DNA from: Vicugna vicugna
Lineage: Eukaryota
Reading direction: 5' to 3'
Length of the DNA stretch: 64,000 bases
Assembly: GCA_013265495.1 (NCBI GenBank)
Contig: MU057887.1
Span: 2,203,576 to 2,267,575, forward strand
In this document: piece by piece, positions 60,011 through 64,000 of the stretch
Layout: each line of letters begins with the position of its first letter
Position numbering within the stretch: position 1 is the first letter of the stretch
Translations under genes and position numbers: made by a program
The notes under the pieces: model-generated
The model's input: only the letters and a program-made list of their open reading frames with translations
What the model was told of the DNA's origin: nothing
Database searches by the model: none

Positions 60011-62239
60011 AGCCGCCCCTGCAGCCCCTCCCCAGCCGCTTTCTCCCCTCCTGACCCCCCGGGGCTCACCGCCGGCTTCTGTGTGTTTGTGTGTTTTCTC
60101 TTCCTGTCTGGGGTCTGCACCCTCCCCCGCAGCACGGGTTACGTGGTGATGGAGACATCCGTCTCCTTGCTCAGGTCCGTAGCACGAGGGCCTGGAAGAG
60201 TGCCGGGCACGCAGTAGGTCCCCAGTACACACTGAATAAACGGGTGGATGACTGGGTGGGTGGGCAGAAAGATCAGTGTTCCCCACAACCACCCACAAAG
60301 CAGGCGTGGTTAGCTCTTGTTTCACGGATGTAGCCCCCTCACCGGGCAGTTCTGGCCGTCGGGTGAGTTGACCACGTGACGGGTGTGGCCTGGGCGATGG
60401 CGGGCAGCACTGACTCCGTGGGTTCAGAGGCAGAAGCCCAGAGGCACTGCACACCTCTGTCCCGGTGCTCAGTCGGCCCTGAGTGACTGTGATGGAGCCT
60501 GGAGGCTGTGGCAGGTCCAGGCGGGCATGTCTCAGCCCCCTTATTAGCAAGAGTCCAAGCAGGCAGGGCAGGGGCCTCCTGACACAATATTTAGGGCTGG
60601 GGAAGGGTGCTGGGTGGAGGGGGGGATCTGAAACTGAAGGTTCAGCAAAGGGGAGGGTCTTCCTCAAGGTCAAAGCCTCCAGGAGCAGAATCACTGCCCA
60701 CTCCCCCACGGACGTGCCCCTGCCGTGCCCAGCCCCGCTCGGCCGTCCCCATCTGGACACAGTCCTGTCCCGTGTGGGACAGTGCTGACTGCTGACCGAA
60801 TCGGGGTGTACAGGGAACACCACACTGACCAGGGGCACCCCAGCCCTCGGCTCCCCGTTCTAGGCTCCCCAGCATCCTCTCCCAGCTGCTTCTTGCCGAT
60901 CTGACCTGGGCCTCCGTAGGCCCGGAGCCCCTCTTTCTGGGGGTGGGGGACAGGCACTCTGAGTTTCTTCCCTGGTCTCTCGCCCCTGGGCTGGACCCAC
61001 GACCTTGCCAGAGTGCCCGTGCCAGGGAGGAATGCGGACCCCTGCCTGGCTCCCCTTCGCATCTTCCCTTCCTGGCTGATCTCAGCTTCCAGCAGGACCA
61101 TGCGATGAGCCCTCTGTTGCCAACCAGGACTTTGTCCCTCCTGGCCTGGCCCCGCTGCTTCCCCGCTGCTTGGTGTCTACTGACGGGCACGCCAGCCTCC
61201 CGGGACAGGCTGAGCTCGGGCTGTGCCCCGGAGTCCCTCGCACCCTTGGGCCCTTCCAGTAGCGGGGCACGGACTTTAACCTCCTCCCCCTCCCTGAGCC
61301 ACCCCCTCAGGCCACACACAGAGCCGCCTCTCTCTCCTGCCTCCCTGACCCAAGGCCAGGCCAGGTGGCCCCCTCCCAGGGGTGCAGAGCCAGGCAGGCC
61401 TCTCACCTGCCCCCCAGGTGTGCAGCTCCCGGATGGACCCCTCCTTCCCGCGGAAATGGAGCGCAGCCTGAGGACTTCGGGCTGGTGACTGCGCTTCTCT
61501 GACTTCCTGGACACGCTGGGGTCCCCAGACACAAGGGTTTCTACCGCGTGACACCCGGTGGGCCCATGGGCGCTGCCAGCTCAGCGGTGGCTCACAGGGG
61601 TGGCGCCCTCTGCTCTCGCCTTTTCTTAAGAGGATTAAGAGGAAGCCTGAGCTTGGGCGAGGCCTTTGCCGGAAGCTGTGGGTCCTCTCCCCACCCCGGA
61701 TGGCTAAAGCTGGGCAATCGAATGTTTTTCTGGAAGAGGAAGGCGCATAGATCAGGACGTGCAAAGCCCGGATTGCCTGTCTTCAGGTGCAGGAGACAAC
61801 GCTCCCGCTGCTGAGAGATGAGAACTGCACCCCTGTCTTCTCGGGGGTGACCTTGGGCGAGGGAACCGGCGCCCCAGCCCCAGCTCCCCGAGAGGTGGGG
61901 CAGGGCCCCGCGTTCTCTCCCCGGGGACGCGCCATTGTGGGCGTGCGTTTTGCTGGCCCGGCTGTTTGTCAGTTCACCTTTCCCCAGCTTCCTCTGTGCC
62001 GGACACGGGCATAGAGACCCCCTCCCCACGCTGTGGGAGGGTCAGGGACCCCCCAGGACAGAGGGGGAGCTCTGGTCCTCCCACCCCTTCATCCTCCCCC
62101 CATGTGCGGACCTGCCCCCGCCCTCACCCTGGACCTGGTGGCCTGTCTGGCACGGAGCAGCGCCCCTAAGCGTTTGGGGGTGTCGAGCCGATTCGGCGCC
62201 GATCCCAGAGGGGCCGCAGGACTGGGAGGAGGAACCAGG

Positions 62240-62480
62240 CTTCAGGCCACTAGTATCTGTGCTCCCAGCCCCGCTCGGCCACCTCCAAGCCCGGAGCAGC
62301 GCGGCGGCCTCAGAACTCCCCGATCCCCCACTGTCTCCGGTGTGAAAATCGCCGTAATGCCAGCGCCGGGGAGCCGGCCGGCCGTCACAGCGACGGCTGC
62401 AAAGCGCCTTGTGCGTATTAGGTGCGCCCTCAGCAGGACCAGGGCCGTTATAATGGTGGTCATCATGATCATTACTGTTT
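62240..62480 (+). mobile_element. MIR (GC-enriched)
   Basis: ccccactgtctccggtgtgaaaatcgccgtaatgccagcg...gcaaagcgcctt...attact. Confidence 0.5.
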
Positions 62481-64000
62481 GTCTGACACTTCCTGGCTGA
62501 TTTTTATTCCAAAAAAACGTCAACTGCTAGCTATTTATACATATATTTAAAAAAACCCTGAAACCACAGCACATGCAAACAGCCGCGTCCACCACCTTTG
62601 ATACGAACGCGCACCAACCAGAGACAATAGCTGTATTTTCTTGCTTTTAAAAGGAATTGTGTGCTTTAATTAAGGGGAAAAAGGGAGAAAGTTTCCTCTC
62701 AGCATATTAATTATCTCGCTTGTCATGTGAGGTATTTGTTCCGGATGACAGCCCGTAATTAGCGCACAGAACAGACCAAGTTCTCCCGGAGAAGCCTCGT
62801 GTCTGGGGGGTCTGGGCTGGCGCGGTCCCGGCTCTTCCCCAGCTGTGGGGAGGGCGGGCGTGGCTGGGGTCTCCCTGGGTTCAGACGTGAGGAAGAAAAA
62901 GCAATTCATCACTACCTCCCCGAGGGCGCCCACGATGCTGTGCCTCCTCCCGGGGGTAGGGGGACCGGGACCACGGCGCCACTCCCGGACTCACCAAGGA
63001 CGACACAGTGACCTTGGCCAGTTCCTTCAGAGCCCTGAGCATCTCCCATCACGCTGCAGAATGCCGACCGAGGCGGGGCCTCCAGGCAGGGCCACGGGTG
63101 GACCCCACGCCACGCTCACGCCCTTGCAGGGATCTGTCGGTGGAGACAGTCACAGGTGTTGATGAGACAGAGAGAACGCTCTGGTCCACGGAACACCCTC
63201 CATGTTCCTCCTGGACGCGCATTTCCCGTACAGACGAGGTGGAGCGTCTGACTTACAGCCCAGAGACACGAGCAGAAGTGGGGTCCAGTGCTCCCAGGCC
63301 TGCCCCTCCAGAGCCCTGGCACCCTCCCTGCACCAGTTCCTTCTCCATCTGCCAGCAGGCTGCAGGGGGTAAAGCAGGGGCCTCCTGGGAGAGCGTGGGG
63401 CCAGGAGAGAAAGGCGCTGAGTCCCTGGGTGACCGTGTGGAGCAGAGTGCTCCCCGCGCTCCAGCCAGAGGGCGCCCGGGACTGGCCTTCACGCTGACGC
63501 CTGGGACCTGAGCCCTGCCCACCCAGGATGGAGGGGACGGAGGAGTCAGAACCTGCCCTCCGGGAGAGGCTGCTTTTCCTCCTGGCCCCGGTGGGCCCGC
63601 CTTTCCACCCTGAGGCGGCCTTGAGGACAGGACACCCACCTTGCTGACATCCGTGTGGCCGGCGCAGCCTGGAGCAGGAACGTTCTGCAAGTGCGGGGCT
63701 GAGGCTGGCCACCTCTCCAGGTGGGAGGGAGGCTGGGTGGAGACCAGGGCGGGGCAAAGGGTCCTTCCTTCCAGCACAGGACCCACTTCGAGCACCTGAG
63801 TGGGGAGGTGGGCGCTCACCTAAGTGAGATGGTCCCCTCCGGTCCCCTGCGTTAGTTAGCGACTGTTGCTTGATGATAGTGCCACAGCTGCCAAGTTGCA
63901 GCACGTACAGGCACTTGCATTAGACAAATGGTAAATACATGATGGAGTTTAGACATTATTACAGGAACAGGCCGCCTCCATTTCATCGCAGCTCACCCGA

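Noticed and set aside
59951..63904. Several 260-296 aa ORFs
   Set aside because: They overlap L1, L2 and MIR relics and GC-rich DNA; no recognisable protein motifs or consistent splice structure.
1..64000. CRISPR arrays, operons, rRNA/tRNA genes, prokaryotic defence systems
   Set aside because: The sequence is clearly mammalian. No regularly spaced repeat-spacer array or structural RNA gene was seen; the only tRNA-like sequence is the SINE head.

Overview
Mammalian genomic DNA, very probably camelid (alpaca/camel), judged from a Vic-1-like tRNA-derived SINE at ~18241-18360 and an artiodactyl-type L1 3' end at ~14820-15495. The window is GC-rich and looks subtelomeric. It is dense in ancient repeats (L1M/L1MC/L1ME, L2, MIR, MLT1, MLT2 with ERVL internal sequence, LTR16) and has three assembly gaps. 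No intact protein-coding gene is evident, and nearly all ORFs in the supplied track appear to be spurious GC-rich frames or L1/ERVL relics. The main non-repeat signal is a set of AT-rich minus-strand segments bounded by splice sites (~24185-23722, 22659-22451, 18693-18442, 16785-16656). Translated across a few frameshifts and stops, they give two GCN5-like (GNAT) acetyltransferase motif-A regions followed by a helical/coiled-coil segment. I read this as a decayed, intron-containing (possibly unitary) pseudogene of a tandem-GNAT protein, which may extend to a polyadenylated terminal exon at ~490-65. Other observations: a 2.2-kb, ~99.5% identical duplication flanking a gap (likely a haplotype artefact), a twin-priming L1 inversion, a CpG island partly built on an old L1 5' end, and strong AT-to-GC drift in old repeats. 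All family assignments come from my recall of consensus sequences and need database confirmation.
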